From Malacoraja senta (Eukaryota): a stretch of DNA of 64,000 bases. Positions within the stretch are counted from its first letter, which is position 1. Each line of letters starts with the position of its first letter. Location of the stretch: the NCBI GenBank assembly GCA_038087875.1, contig CM075979.1:79732001-79796000 (forward strand). The letters are read 5' to 3'. The position numbers and the translations under genes are program-made. Below, piece by piece: positions 36,107 through 48,455 of this stretch. The notes under the pieces were generated by a model, which worked only from the letters and a program-made list of their open reading frames with translations, did not search any database and was not told the DNA's origin.

Positions 36107-36289
36107 GTTTAAGAAGGAACTGCAGATGCTAGAAAATTGAAGGTAGACAAAAATGCTAGAGATACTCAGCGGGTGCAGCAGCTTCTATGGAGCGAAGGAA
36201 ATAGGCAACGTTTCGGGCCGAAACGTTGCCTATTTCCTTCGCTCCATAGATGCTGCTTCACCCGCTGAGTTTCTCCAGAATTTTTGTCT
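36107..36289. mobile_element. Fold-back PLE terminal element with perfect 16-bp TSD
   Basis: TSD acatgcgactatctct (36091-36106 / 36290-36305); perfect 33-bp inverted arms 36184-36216 / 36218-36250. Confidence 0.92.
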
Positions 36290-36309
36290 ACATGCGACTA
36301 TCTCTTCTC

Positions 36310-36462
36310 TGCCGTCTTCGAGGTCGTGCTGACTTGGTTGGGGCGCATCACTGAGAACAAAGGGGGACTTTGTGGTGACTCTTTTGTGCACTTTGTATGC
36401 AAAAACAAAGAATGTCACTGCACCTAGCTAGGTACAAGTGACAATAAAGCATTATCATCATC
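36310..36462 (+). mobile_element. Non-coding retroposon with Rex1-like 3' end
   Basis: 'gtatgcaaaaacaaagaatgtcactg...gtgacaataaagcattatcatc'; related to 16850-17066. Confidence 0.55.
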
Positions 36463-38269
36463 TAATCTTTGATGCAGCCCACCATCGTTCTCTGACACCT
36501 CTTCAATTCCCCCACTCTTTCATCTCTGCATTATCAAGATTGGAAAGATTCATTGCAAAAAGTTAATCTGAATAAAATAATTATTAACCACTGCACTGAT
36601 AATCATTGTATTAATTTGCAGTTGAACTATGGAATTTTTCCCACGTAGATTTAAAATCTCTCTCGTATAACTGGGTGCCTTGGTTGCGGGCATAATGGGG
36701 GCAGAGGGTGACTGGGGAGCGGCAATGAAGAGGGTGAGTGGAGGTGGATTCACTCTGGTGGAACTGGAAGGGAGGGAGAGTGGGGGGATCAATAGAGAAA
36801 AGGTGAGCGAAGGGTGGGAGCTGAATGGAAGTGTTGGGAAGACTGAAGGAGATAAGTAGGGGAGGCAGAGTAGAGTTAGGGAGACCGGGATGAACGGGAA
36901 GACGAAGTATGGAGAGGATCAGGCTTGGAGTAAAGGAGGGGGGAAGAAGGAAAGGTGTATTGGCACGATTGTACATGCCCCTGTGTTCTGTGTCTGCGTG
37001 AGTGTGTTAATGTTCGGGAAACAAAGTTATTCTCTGGTCATCTCGGACTATTGCTTTACTCTGTCAGGCCCACCTGATAGCTGGTGTACCATGGCCACTC
37101 CATGTGAAAGGATTTCAAGCACAGGCACCCTCTGCTCCTCGGAACTGGAGTGGAAGCGGGTCATTGTCAGCACAGAGGCATTGCCTTCCATTGACTCATG
37201 GGAGGACATTGAGTGACGATTGGGATGATGTACTTTGGCAGCATTTGACTCAATTGCTGTATTGAGCGGGTGTATTTTTAATCCATTGGCCGTTGGCCGC
37301 TGAACCAACGGTGGCCAATAAGGCCAGGACTACTAGGGAGATGAGAGGTGCCAAGATTGGAAGGGGAACGGAGCGATGTATTTTGTAGAAAGGAACATGG
37401 AATAAAACAACGATTGTAGCACAGGAGACCATTGAGCCCTGTGGCTGCTGTCAAAGATCTGAGTAGTTTATTCCCACCTCCCAGTACAGTTCTTGAAATA
37501 CTTGTCCCAGTGCTGTTTAAATGTGAAGCGTGCTCCTGCCTCCTCCACCCTTTTATTAAGTGTTCCAGACCCTGACCTGTGGGAGGAGGGGAGGGGAGGG
37601 GTAGGGGGTGGGTGTGTTCTGCTACCTGAACATAAACCCACTCACTCAAACAGACAGGAACACAGTGACTTGCACGATCGTGCCTATACCCCCTTTGCTC
37701 ATTCCACCTTTTCTCCTTCCACCTTTTCTCCGCCTGATCCTCTTCATGCCTCATCGTCCCCTCCATCAGCCTCCCTCTCTCTATTCCGCTTCCCCTAATT
37801 ATCTCTTTCAGTCTTCCCAATCCCTCCAATCCCTCCATTCCGCACCCACCCCTTCACTTGCCCTTTCATTCCATGTATCCTTCTACAAAAGACATTGCTC
37901 CTTTCCCCTACTCCATTTTAAATCTTGTGTGTGTGTGTTCCTTCTTCCCACTAATCCTTCTCCTCCCTCCTTCCCCAACCCCCATCCCACTTTACCACCA
38001 CCCTCTCTCTGATTATTGTTCTCCCTGCTACGAGAAACCTAGCTGTCTGTCTACAAAGTAAGCCCTGCATAACTTTACATACTTCAATTAAATCTCTCCT
38101 CTGCCTATTCTGTTCCATTGCTACAACTTTCTTCTCCCAGAAATGCATTGCATCTTCTCAAGAGTCCCTGAGCCCCACTGTTCCCCGGATTAGGTACTAA
38201 ACCCAAGGCAAACTTGGGTGTGCCACTCTTGAATACACAGCGGCATAAAAACAAATGGTTGGTCTCATC

Positions 38270-38575
38270 GAGGTGAACAGAATCATGAGAGGAATAGATC
38301 GTGTAGATACTCTTGCCTTGAGTAGTGGAATCGAGAACCAGAGGACATGGTTTTAAGGTGAGGGGGGGGAAATAACCTGAGGGTTAACTTTTTCTCACGG
38401 AGGGTGGGGGTGTATGGAACTAGCTGCTCGAGGAGGTAGTTGAGGCAGGTAGTATCACAACGCTTCGACAAGTACATGGGTAGGACAGGTTTAGTGGGAC
38501 ATGGGCCAAATGCACGCAGGTGGGACTAGCGTAGATGGGACATGTTGGCCGGTTCCACTCTCTACGACTCTATGG
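38270..38575 (+). mobile_element. CR1 3' fragment
   Basis: 'gaatcgagaaccagaggacatgg...ctctacgactctatg'. Confidence 0.85.
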
Positions 38576-40719
38576 ATGGTAGATAGAGAGTTCAAACCTT
38601 TTCCAGAGCGGTGTTTCTTGATGGCACTGCTCACGTATTACGTTCATGACCTGAACATGGTCAACTTTGCCCTGGGAAGGCACATGCACTCTTGGCTCCG
38701 ACAGCACTGATCACACAAGGTCATCAATCTGACAAACCGTTCAATGCAGGGCTTTGTGTCCCTCTCTGGGCTTTTGTGAGAAGCCATTGTTCTGTTGCAT
38801 AGTTATTTATTGACACACAGTGGAAGAAAAAAGGCACAAAACACACGCAAACTGTTGATAAAGAATCTGGCCTCCTATTGAGAGTCATAAAACATTGCGT
38901 GGGTTATTGTTAACTACCAAATCCTTCAAACTTTGCAAATATAAATAAGCTGCCAACTTAGCGGTCAACAGTGAAGTGGGTTAATGCAAGAACCTAGACA
39001 GGAAAGGCAAACCTGATGCGTAACTATCTTCAAGAAGGTGGCTCTTCAGCAGATGAAAGCAACAGATTAGTCCTGGAAATGCTAGTAACTGTATCGTGAA
39101 TTGCAACGGTGGTTAAATTTCTGCAGCCCTTGCAGTTTGCTATTGAATGACCAAGGGCATAATTCAAAGAGCTCGAGTGGCCCACTGAGCCTGCACTGTC
39201 TCTAGCTCATTGAAGCCCAGCAGGAGATTGCTGGCCAATTTGACCTGGGGGAAATATAAAAAGGCTTTTTCAAGGCTGTAATGGGTCATTTGCTGTAGTG
39301 AAGCAATGGGCAGAAATAACTCTGATTGGATTTGGTCAATTGGACTACGCAAGTGGAGTGAACCTGCTTCTGTGTTCACTAAAGATTTTGAACTGTGCTT
39401 AAACTGGGTTAACGTGAACTAGCCTCGACTCCTATGTAAATGCGAAACTAGCTTGTGAAATAGCATTGAGCCAAACTCAATTTTAGGTTGTCCAAGCACT
39501 TCACAGTCAGTGGAGTATTTTGAAAGTGTCGCTACTATTGTATCAAGGACTCGCTATTGTATCAGTTACAAGAGAAATGCATCAGATTTGTTCTCGCATT
39601 TACCAGGTTCTTAAACAGAAGAGTCTTGCAAAGGGTGCTTAGAGTGGACGAACTTGTAATAATTGTGATTCTCATTTCCATTTCATACTTTAAGGACGAT
39701 GAAAGCATTTGTATCGATTTGCAACATTTCTGATTTTTTTGGGTGTTCTCAACCATGAAGTAATATATTCTAACTCCGATCGCCATGGAAACCACCAGGT
39801 CGTAATTCTTTGTTGCTGGCTCCTTTGTAGCATCACCAATGAGTTGGTATCTAAAGGCAGGTCCAATGAATGGTATATACAACTCGCAATTGTAAAGGAC
39901 TGTTAACATCGTAATATGTTCCAAGGATCTTCAAATGTTTTCAAATCTTGTGTGACAGCACGCTCCAAACTATTTTGGTGCCAGCATGTTTTGTGAAGAA
40001 TAACCTTCCTGTTGCCTTTCAGTGTTTTACGATACAAAAGGCACTTAGCAAATGCAAAATGTTGTTGGCCCTGCAATGTAATGGCCGGCACCCAAAAGTT
40101 TTGTCAGGAAGGTTTTTGGAAGTTTTTTTGAAGGACTGGGAAAGATGTTGAGAGGTGACGAGATGTTGGGAGGGAATGTTAGAGGTGATAGGATGAAGAC
40201 ACAAGCAGTCACAAGAGATGTTGAAGTAGGAGTGGGTAGTTTGATTTCTCCTTGTGTCTGCTCTCCCATTTAATATGAACGTAGCTGACCTTTCCCTATT
40301 GAGGCACATTCGTGCATTTAATTCTCTGGATATCCAAAACTCTATTCACCTCTATCTTGTCCACCTCTATCCACCTCTCGGTGACTAAGCCACGAGAGAT
40401 CTCTTGGGTAAAATGTTTGCAAGATACTTTCTCATCGCAGTCCTGAATGACTGTCTCCATATTTAGAGACTCTGGTTCCTTTGTTTTGAGAGTGCTCCCA
40501 CCTCACTGTTGGCAGGCAGTGAAGATGAAGGATTGCCAATGGTTTTCTTGGAAGGAAACCTACCGGTGGTGTTCTTAGATGTCTGCTGCCCTTGACCTTG
40601 CTGATGGAGGCCGTTGGTTTGGAACAAGTTGTCAGAATAGGCTAGATGTGGACCGCAAGTGCTATGTGATGGTGTTTGGTGAAAGGGGTGCCGATCAAGT
40701 GGGATGTTGAGCTCCTTAA

Positions 40720-41130
40720 ACATATGCTCTCTGGTTTTGGACTCCTCTACCTTGTGGAAAAATACTCTAACCCTCTTGTGATTTGTTTACTAACTCTATA
40801 AGGCCACCCCTCAGCTACCTACACCACTGGCAAAAAAAGCCCAAGCCTATCCAGCTTTTACCTTGTAACTCAATCCCTCAAGTTCTGCTAGCTCCTTGGT
40901 AAATCGTCACGTAATGCCATCTTTCCTATTGCAGAGTAACCAGAAGTGCACACAATATTCCTAATGTGGTCCCACCAACATCTTGTACATCTGTAGCACG
41001 ATATCCCTACATGTGTACTGCATATCCTTATTGATGAAGGCAAGCATGCCAAACATTATCTTCACCACCCCGTCTACCAGTGTCGCTGCTTTCTGGGAAC
41101 TGTGTACCGTTAGCCCTTGATCTCTCCAGG
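40720..41130 (-). mobile_element. Old CR1 fragment
   Basis: Reverse 'gatgttggtgggaccacattaggaatattgtgtgcacttctgg' (LV.PH.EYCV.FW motif). Confidence 0.7.
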
Positions 41131-41145
41131 GTTACTGTTAACTTT

Positions 41146-41380
41146 AGAAACAAAGAATTGCAGATGCTGGTTTATACCAAAGGTAGACACAATGTGCTGG
41201 AGTAACCGAGCGGGTCAGGCAACATCTCTGGAGAGAAAGAATAGGTGGCGTTTTGCGTTGGAATCCTTCTTCAGACTCGGGGTCTGAAAAAGGGTCCCGA
41301 TCCAAAGCGTCCCCCATTCATTCTCTCCAGAGATATGGTCTGACCCGCTGAGTTAGTCCAGCATTTAGTGCCTATCTTTG
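41146..41380. mobile_element. Fold-back PLE terminal element
   Basis: ~100-bp imperfect arms meeting at 'cttcttcagactcggggtctgaaaaag'. Confidence 0.85.
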
Positions 41381-42046
41381 TCATTCAGTGAGATGTGTTT
41401 CATGTACCGCCATATAGGGCCCACAATGTATCGGCCAGCAAGTCGTCGGCAGGAGACAAGCAGTTTCACGAATCTTTTGCCTTCTTAAGTTAAAAACCTT
41501 TCATTTAACAACAGTGGCATTGACTCCATTATGATGATTATTAATAATCTGAGCTGCCACTAGTGTTGTGTTTTCAGGATGTTGGAGATTGAAATAACTT
41601 TACTCTCACTATTGTCTGGCGATTTTTGATCGACTAGGGTTCTCTGACGTGATGTTCACAGAATACTTATACAAGTGGAATGCTCCTTCCAGCAACAGCC
41701 ACCATGGGGAATAAATTTGTACGCTGGGCTCTAAACTGAATTATTGACTAGGCGCTGCTTCAAAGTAACCCTACATAACAGAGAGATTATTGGACATTAC
41801 AACCATTTGCATTATTAATGTGGCCATATGGTGGTTGAGCCAGACAAATCAAAGGCGAATCATCCTTCCTCCTATTGTTTGCAAGATGTATTAGTTTACA
41901 AGATGTTGGTGAAATTCTGTCTGTCCCATTGTGGAAACCATTGTGACTTCAATATTGGGGAACATCCACTGCTCATGATTCAATACTTACTCATTTTGGC
42001 TGCTTATTGTAATGAATGCAACCTGGTGTATGATAGACAATGTTTG

Positions 42047-42600
42047 AGTCATAGAATCACACAGTATGGAAAAGGGCCCTTCACCCCAAGTCGCCCATGT
42101 CGACCAAGATGCCCCTTCTAAGCTATTCCTATTTGCCCATGTCTTTGCCCATGTACCTCTGAAGCTTTCCAATCCATTAGCTTCTCTGTGTCTTTTAAAT
42201 GCTTTTATTGTACCTAACTTAACTGCCTCTCATTCCATATGCCCACCATCTCTGTGTGGAAAAAGTTGCCTTTGAGGTTCCTATTAAATATTTCCCATCT
42301 CACCATAAATGTATGTTCTCTGGATCTTGATTCACCAAATCTGGGTAAATTTATTCCCCTCATGATATTATACCCCTTAGATCACCCCTCTGCTTCTTGT
42401 GCTCCGAGGAATAAAGTCTTAGTCTGCCCAAACTCTCCCGATAGCTCAGGGCCTCGAGTCCTGACATTGTCCTTGTAAATGTTCTCTGCACTCTTTCCAT
42501 CTTAATGACATCCTTCCTATAGCAGTGCGACCAAAACTGAACACAATACTCCAAGTGTTGCCTCACCCATGTGTTGAACAAGTGTAACATATTGTCCCAA
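42047..42600 (-). mobile_element. CR1 3' fragment
   Basis: 'VRQHLEYCVQFWSHCYRKDVIKMERVQRTFTR...LSYRESLGRLRLYS'. Confidence 0.9.
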
Positions 42601-42621
42601 TTTCTTTACTCAATAAATACC

Positions 42622-42996
42622 CTGAATGAAGAAGCCCAATGTACCAAAAACCTTTTTTTATCTTTGTTGTATACACCAAATGGGCAGCACGGTGGTGCAG
42701 CGGTAGAGTTTGCTGCCTTGCAGCTCCGGAGACCCGGGTTCGATCCTGACTTACGGTGCTGTCTGTACAGAGTTTATATGTTCTCCCCGTGACCTGCGCG
42801 GGTTTCCTCCGGGTGCTCCGGTTTCCTCCACACTCCAAAGACGTACAGGTTTGTAGGCTAATTGGCTTCGTTAAAATTGTAATTTGTTCCCAGTGTGTAG
42901 GTTAGTGTTAATGTGCTGAATGATCGCTGGTCGGCGCGGACTCGATGGCCTGAAGGGCTGTTTCCGCGCTGTATCTCTAAACTAAACCAAACTAAA
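42622..42996 (+). mobile_element. HE1-type V-SINE, full length (head at ~42682)
   Basis: A box tggtgcagcgg, B box ggttcgatcc, V-domain, (TAAAC)n tail; first ~60 bp of the range is probably still CR1. Confidence 0.85.
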
Positions 42997-43806
42997 CCTA
43001 TATCTGCTTTTTTAATGTATATAGAAAACAATAACTAAAGGCATTGGTGCCCTGTTCTCTCTGAACACTGGTCTGTTCCATAACCTGTCTATACCTCTGC
43101 TCACACCATGCCTGCTGACAACTATCAAGCAGGAACTAGAGCCACCTTTGAACTGATGGATCCAAATAGCCATTCCATGGTTAATGAATACTGAGCTATA
43201 AGCTACTGTCAACACATTAGATAACCAAGGAAAGCAATAACATTTAGCTGATTGTCTTTTATCATTAAGTGGGAGAGAATTAGTAGTTTAGGACAATTTA
43301 ATTGCCGATCATATCAGTTGCTACCTTACCTGTGGGTTGTCAAATTAACTCAATAAATCGTTAGATCACAGATTCTGTAGACCTTGCTTGTTAAATCATT
43401 TACTTTAAACAGCCCTGTAAATCCTAGGATTAAGATTTGACTTTTTTTTATTAACTTTGTCTATTTCACAAGGATATGTACAAAACCTCCACATGTGGGG
43501 GTGTGGAGAAAATTCACTGAGGCTCTTAGCTGCCGAGCTGATAGCGGGAACTCCAGTCGTGAAGAATAACTGTTTGATTCAGCAGCTAGAGAAGGGTGAA
43601 ATTGTAACTCAGCAGAAGTCTCTTGGAAGTCAGTTACTCGATTTGTTGTTTTTTCTCTAACTGCAACGGATGATCAGGTGAGGTGTTCAGGATAGAAATT
43701 TGTATGGGGAAACATGAAAGTCTGTGTTTTACTCCATGGAATAGGACTGTGCATCTTGCGGCTGTGTGGGCTTTTGGCTTGTGGGAACAGGCTTATTGTC
43801 GGGTAG

Positions 43807-44025
43807 ACACAAAATATTTGGAGTAATTCTCTGGGTCAGGCAGCTTCTCTGGAGCAAATGGATAGGCGACATATTGGGTCGGGTTCAGTCTGAAGAAGGG
43901 TCCCGGCTCGAAGCATCACCTATCCATGTTCTCCAGAGATGCTGCCTGGCCCGCTGAGTTACTCCAGCTTTTTGTGTCTATCATTGGTTTAAAACCAGCA
44001 TCTGCAGTTCCTTTTAGTACTTTTA
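43807..44025. mobile_element. Fold-back PLE terminal element
   Basis: Flanked by cttattgtcgggtag (43792-43806) / cttattgtcaggtgg (44026-44040). Confidence 0.82.
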
Positions 44026-44298
44026 CTTATTGTCAGGTGGTTAGCATTCCAGAACCGGACAAGGCAGTAGGTAGGATATATTGTAAGTAATGCAGCCTGG
44101 TGTGGGACAGAAAATACTTTTACGCAAAACCTTGTGGAAGTTTGGAACAGAACCCAAAAAAACTGCGGATGCTGGAAATCTGAAATAAAAATACAAAAAT
44201 GCTCGAAACGCTCATCGAGCAAGTCAGCATCTGTGGCGAGTGAAACAGGATCCGCATTTGCAGTTGATGACCTTTCATCGGCTGATAGAATTTATATA

Positions 44299-44498
44299 CA
44301 GCTGCTCCTTGACCTACGATGGGGTTACGTTCCGATAAACCCATCGTAAATCGAAAATATCGTAAGTCGAAAACCCATTTAAAACAATTTGATCACGTGG
44401 CCGGAAGTGACGTGTGGCTCGCTGCCGTTGCCCAGCGTTTGCACCATCGCAAAGTCAAGATATCGTAAGTTGAAGCATCGTAAATCAGGGAGCATCTG
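44299..44498. mobile_element. Tc1/mariner-pogo (Tigger-type) MITE
   Basis: 23-bp TIR cagctgctccttgacctacgatg / catcgtaaatcagggagcatctg (19/23); TA on both sides; repeated subterminal atcgtaa motifs. Confidence 0.88.
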
Positions 44499-45171
44499 TA
44501 TACGTGCGACAGTGAGGTGATAAAGACCAGGCATAATATGAATGCTTCCAGTAGCATTATTTATTCACACGGGATAAATTAATTTATTTTCTATAAAAAC
44601 GCTACAGGTCATGAGCAGGCATGGAAATGTAATACTCCATCCATTTTAAATTTTGCATTCAAGTGGAAAATTATTAATACCGAGGTATCATATTTAAATT
44701 GTTTTGCCTTTGGTATGAATTTGAACTTTTTTTTTCCATCCGCCTCCTCTCCAGAATACACTCTGTAGCCACGCTGCAAAACTCACCAGCCTCAGGAGAA
44801 TGCACCGTCAAGTGTTAGTTTCCATTCACACATACACTCCGTCTTCACTCTTTGTTGGGCTGAACTCCTCGTAGCAGATCACAACTAATTTTGCCTTTTG
44901 AAGTTGGGAGCAGTTCCTGAAGAAACTTTACCTTCACTGCAGTGGGGATCTTTGATGGAATGTCATTGACTTGTGACATCGGTTGTGTTTCTCCCTCCAC
45001 AGAAGTTGCCAGGCATCTTGAGTATCTTAAATGTGTTTGGATTTTAGTACCCAAAAGAGATGTTGGAAAATTTGAGGTTTTGATTATTGAAAAATGTTAT
45101 AAAGAAAGGGCACGGACAGATGGGACCCATGGATGGGTAAAGAGTGTTGGTCACTTATGATCAAAATGAAT

Positions 45172-45545
45172 AGGGTCATAGAGTTAAACAGCGTGGAAAC
45201 AGGCCCTTTGGCCCAACTTGCCCACACCGACCAACCTGTCCCATCCACATTAGTCCCACCTGCCGGCGTTTGGCCCATATCCCTCTAAACCTGTCCTATC
45301 CATGTACCTGTCTAATTACGTCTTAAATATTGCAATAGTTCCTGCCTCCACTACCTCTACTGGCAGCTTATTCCATATACCCACCACCCTTGGTGTGGAA
45401 AAAGTTACCACTCAGATTCCTATTAAATCTTTCACCCTTCACCTTAAACCTTTGTCCTCTGGTTCTTGATTCCCATACTCTGGGTAAGAGACACTATGTG
45501 TCTACCTGATCTCTTCCTCTCATGATTTTGTTCACCTCTACAAGA
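45172..45545 (-). mobile_element. CR1 3' fragment
   Basis: Same subfamily as 20381-20727. Confidence 0.9.
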
Positions 45546-46018
45546 TAAATGGATGAGAAAACTTGATGGGTTGGACCACGTTTTGTTTTTGTTCAGTCAC
45601 GGCATGGAGTTTTGCATGCAGCGTTAATATCACAGGCAATTGGCAAATGTGCAACATTTAATGTTTGCCTTTCTCGACCTCTATATCATTGCCAAGTCTA
45701 AGGCAGCCGATTCAACTTATTACAGTCAAACCCTCAATAAGATGATTGGATGTTCTTTCATGCTGGCAACTTGGCAAGTGCAAAGCACATACCCTGTCAT
45801 TAACTGACTGCAATTTAGTATAAAATTAGTGTTGAGCAGTCATACTGCAGTGAACACAATTTGCATGCAATCTAGACAGTGATGCGACACAAACAGGTGT
45901 CATATTTTGTCTTCTGGCAACATTAAATCTGTATTTGGGAAAAACTGTTTTAGTTTCTTCAGTAATCCTTTCAAGCAGATGTGGTTCCAAAGACAGGAGC
46001 CAAACATGGAAAAGTATT

Positions 46019-46236
46019 GACACAAAATGCTGGGGTACCTCAGCGGGACAGGCAGCATTGCTGGAGAGAAGGAAAGGGTGACGTTTCGGGTGAGTCCCTT
46101 CTGAAGAAGGGTCACAATGCGAAACGTCACCCATTCCTTCACTCCAGAGCTGCTGCCTGTCCCGCTGAGTTACTCCAGCATTTTTGTGTCTATCCTTGGT
46201 GTAAGCCAGCATCTGCAGTTCCTTCCTTCACACTCG
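46019..46236. mobile_element. Fold-back PLE terminal element
   Basis: TSD ggaaaagtatt (46008-46018 / 46237-46247); arms meet at 'cccttctgaagaaggg'. Confidence 0.87.
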
Positions 46237-47089
46237 GGAAAAGTATTTGTCCATTTGCTCTCACTTTCATTCTGTTCATAATGGGTTGTGCCCGGTAAGA
46301 GGAACCAGGCGGTCTTGCATTCTGTGCCCTCAAGTTTGGTTGCGGGAGGCAGTCCATGGGGAACAAGGGCTGGAGAGGACAGTGGTTCGTAGGATGACCG
46401 GGATGGAGTTGACGGCTGCAATGGGCCTTTGTGGCCAACCACTGCTGGAGCTGTAAAATGGCATCCAAGTGGTGCCTCTTGTATACAGGCTCAGTGGGTT
46501 GTTCTGTGGAATGCGGTCTAACTGGGGGGATTGGGATCATGTATGGTGATATTTTACAGAGCTGTATGGAAACAAAAAGTGTCTCACTCTACTAAGGTAC
46601 ACGTGATAATAAAGAAACCATTAAGATAGAATTATTACCATATCAAAATTAATGTCAATTTTGAAATAATTTTAAATGTTTTGCCTTTGCTGCTATTTGG
46701 AATATTTTTTTGCATCTGCATGCTCTCCAGAATAGACTTTACACTCACACCACAACTCTCACCAGTGTCTGGAGGTCACCCCATCAAGTATGAGATTTTC
46801 CATTGCACATACATTCCGTCTTCTGGAATCAAAACAGAAAATGTCAGCAGTTCGGGCAGCATCTGCGGGAGGAGAAAGTGTTGCCATTTCAAGTTGAAGA
46901 TCCTTCGCCAGGACTGAGAAAGTGAGAAAGCAAGTGCTTCCAGCTAGCAGAGAAAGTGGAGAGGGCAATGGGTGGAACGAGGGGAAAGTAGGATGTTGAA
47001 GTGAGAGTTTTGTCAATGGCTTATTGAAGACTTGCATCTGTGATTGATATCCATCTTCAGGAGTACAGGGCGTTAGGCTAAAGAATTGC

Positions 47090-47259
47090 TTTTTAATTAT
47101 TTTTTTATTTTAATTTCAAAATAGACTTTATTCAAGTAATAAATATATACAATACGTGAACCGTACGAAAAATTCATCCAACATTTTCGGAGGCTATACA
47201 AATTGTTCAATGCAGTTAATAATTTTTTTTCAAATTCCACAGATCCGTCCCCCACCCGT
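47090..47259 (-). mobile_element. Short poly(A)-tailed retro-insertion (probable L1/Tx1 3' UTR)
   Basis: Perfect 13-bp TSD gctaaagaattgc (47077-47089 / 47260-47272); T-rich left end; minus-strand AATAAA. Confidence 0.75.
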
Positions 47260-47414
47260 GCTAAAGAATTGCAATTAGTTGTAAATTTTGCCCCATGGAA
47301 TCGATCAGTTGGAATGCATTTCACGATGGGTCTTGAGCTCCACTCTGGAGAATCACCCATCAGGTCAAGGCTGGGTTCAAACACGGGCGTTACCAGTCAT
47401 TCCAGTCAACCTTG

Positions 47415-47982
47415 CTTAGTTTACAGATACAGCGTGGAAACAGACCCTTCGGTCCACCAAGTCCACGCCGACCAGCGATCCCGTACATTAGCACGGTCCT
47501 ACATGCTTGGGACAATTTACATTTAGATGCTAGATGCAGGAAGATTGCTCCCGATGTTGGGGAAGTCCAGGACAAGGGGTCACAGCTTAAGGATAAGGGG
47601 GAAATCCTTTAAAACCGAGATGAGAAGAACTTTTTTCACACAGAGAGTGGTGAATCTCTGGAACTCTCTGCCACAGAGGGTAGTCGAGGCCAGTTCATTG
47701 GCTATATTTAAGAGGGAGCTAGATGTGGCCCTTGTGGCTAAAGGGATCAGAGGGTATAGAGAGAAGGCAGGTACGGGATACTGAGTTGGATGATCAGCCA
47801 TGATCATATTGAATGGCGGTGCAGGCTCGAAGGGCCGAATGGCCTACTCCTGCACCTAATTTCTATGTTTCTATGTTTAAACCACGCCTATTAACCTACA
47901 AACCTGAACATCTTTGGAGCATGGGAGGAAATCGGAGATCCCAGAGAAAAACCCACGTAGGTCATGGGGAGAACGTACAAAC
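47415..47982 (-). mobile_element. HE1-type V-SINE split by CR1
   Basis: Tail half 47415-47525; V-domain resumes at ~47880. Confidence 0.8.
47526..47877 (+). mobile_element. Young CR1 3' fragment
   Basis: Uninterrupted 'SRTRGHSLRIRGKSFKTEMRRTFFTQRVVNLWNSLPQRVVEA'; (CTATGTTT)n tail. Confidence 0.93.
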
Positions 47983-48169
47983 TTGAGTCTTGGTTATTGG
48001 AGCAACCTCAGCCAGCATGAGGGAAATAGTTCCATCTGACCAATGTTTTCTTGCTAGAATTACTGTTGTCGCCTGACCAGGATCTGCTAATTGATTTATT
48101 GCAGTGTCAGGTGGGCTGCCCCTGGTGATGCTTAGATGGTCTGCGGTGATGAGGCTTTCCATGAAGGAT

Positions 48170-48455
48170 GTTTAGTTTAGAAAAGCAGTGCAGAAATAGA
48201 CTCTTCAGCCCACCAAGTCCAAGCAGATCAACGACCACCCTAGCACTATCCTACACCCTAGGGACAATTTCCAATCTGTACCAAATCCAATTAATCTACA
48301 AATCTCTTTGTCTTTGTGGGAGGAAACCTGAACACCCGGGGAAAACCCACGGTGGAAAACGTACAAACTCCGTGCAGACAGCACCCGTAGTCAGGATCGA
48401 ACCTGGGTCTCTGGCTATGTAAGGCAGCAACTCTACTGCTGCGCCACTGTGCTGT
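48170..48455 (-). mobile_element. HE1-type V-SINE
   Basis: Tail, V-domain, head. Confidence 0.88.

Noticed and set aside
43457-43682. Possible exon (acceptor-like tract, 67-aa frame, CAG/GTGAGG donor)
   Set aside because: The frame stops before the donor and the peptide is unrecognisable; it would need RNA-seq support.
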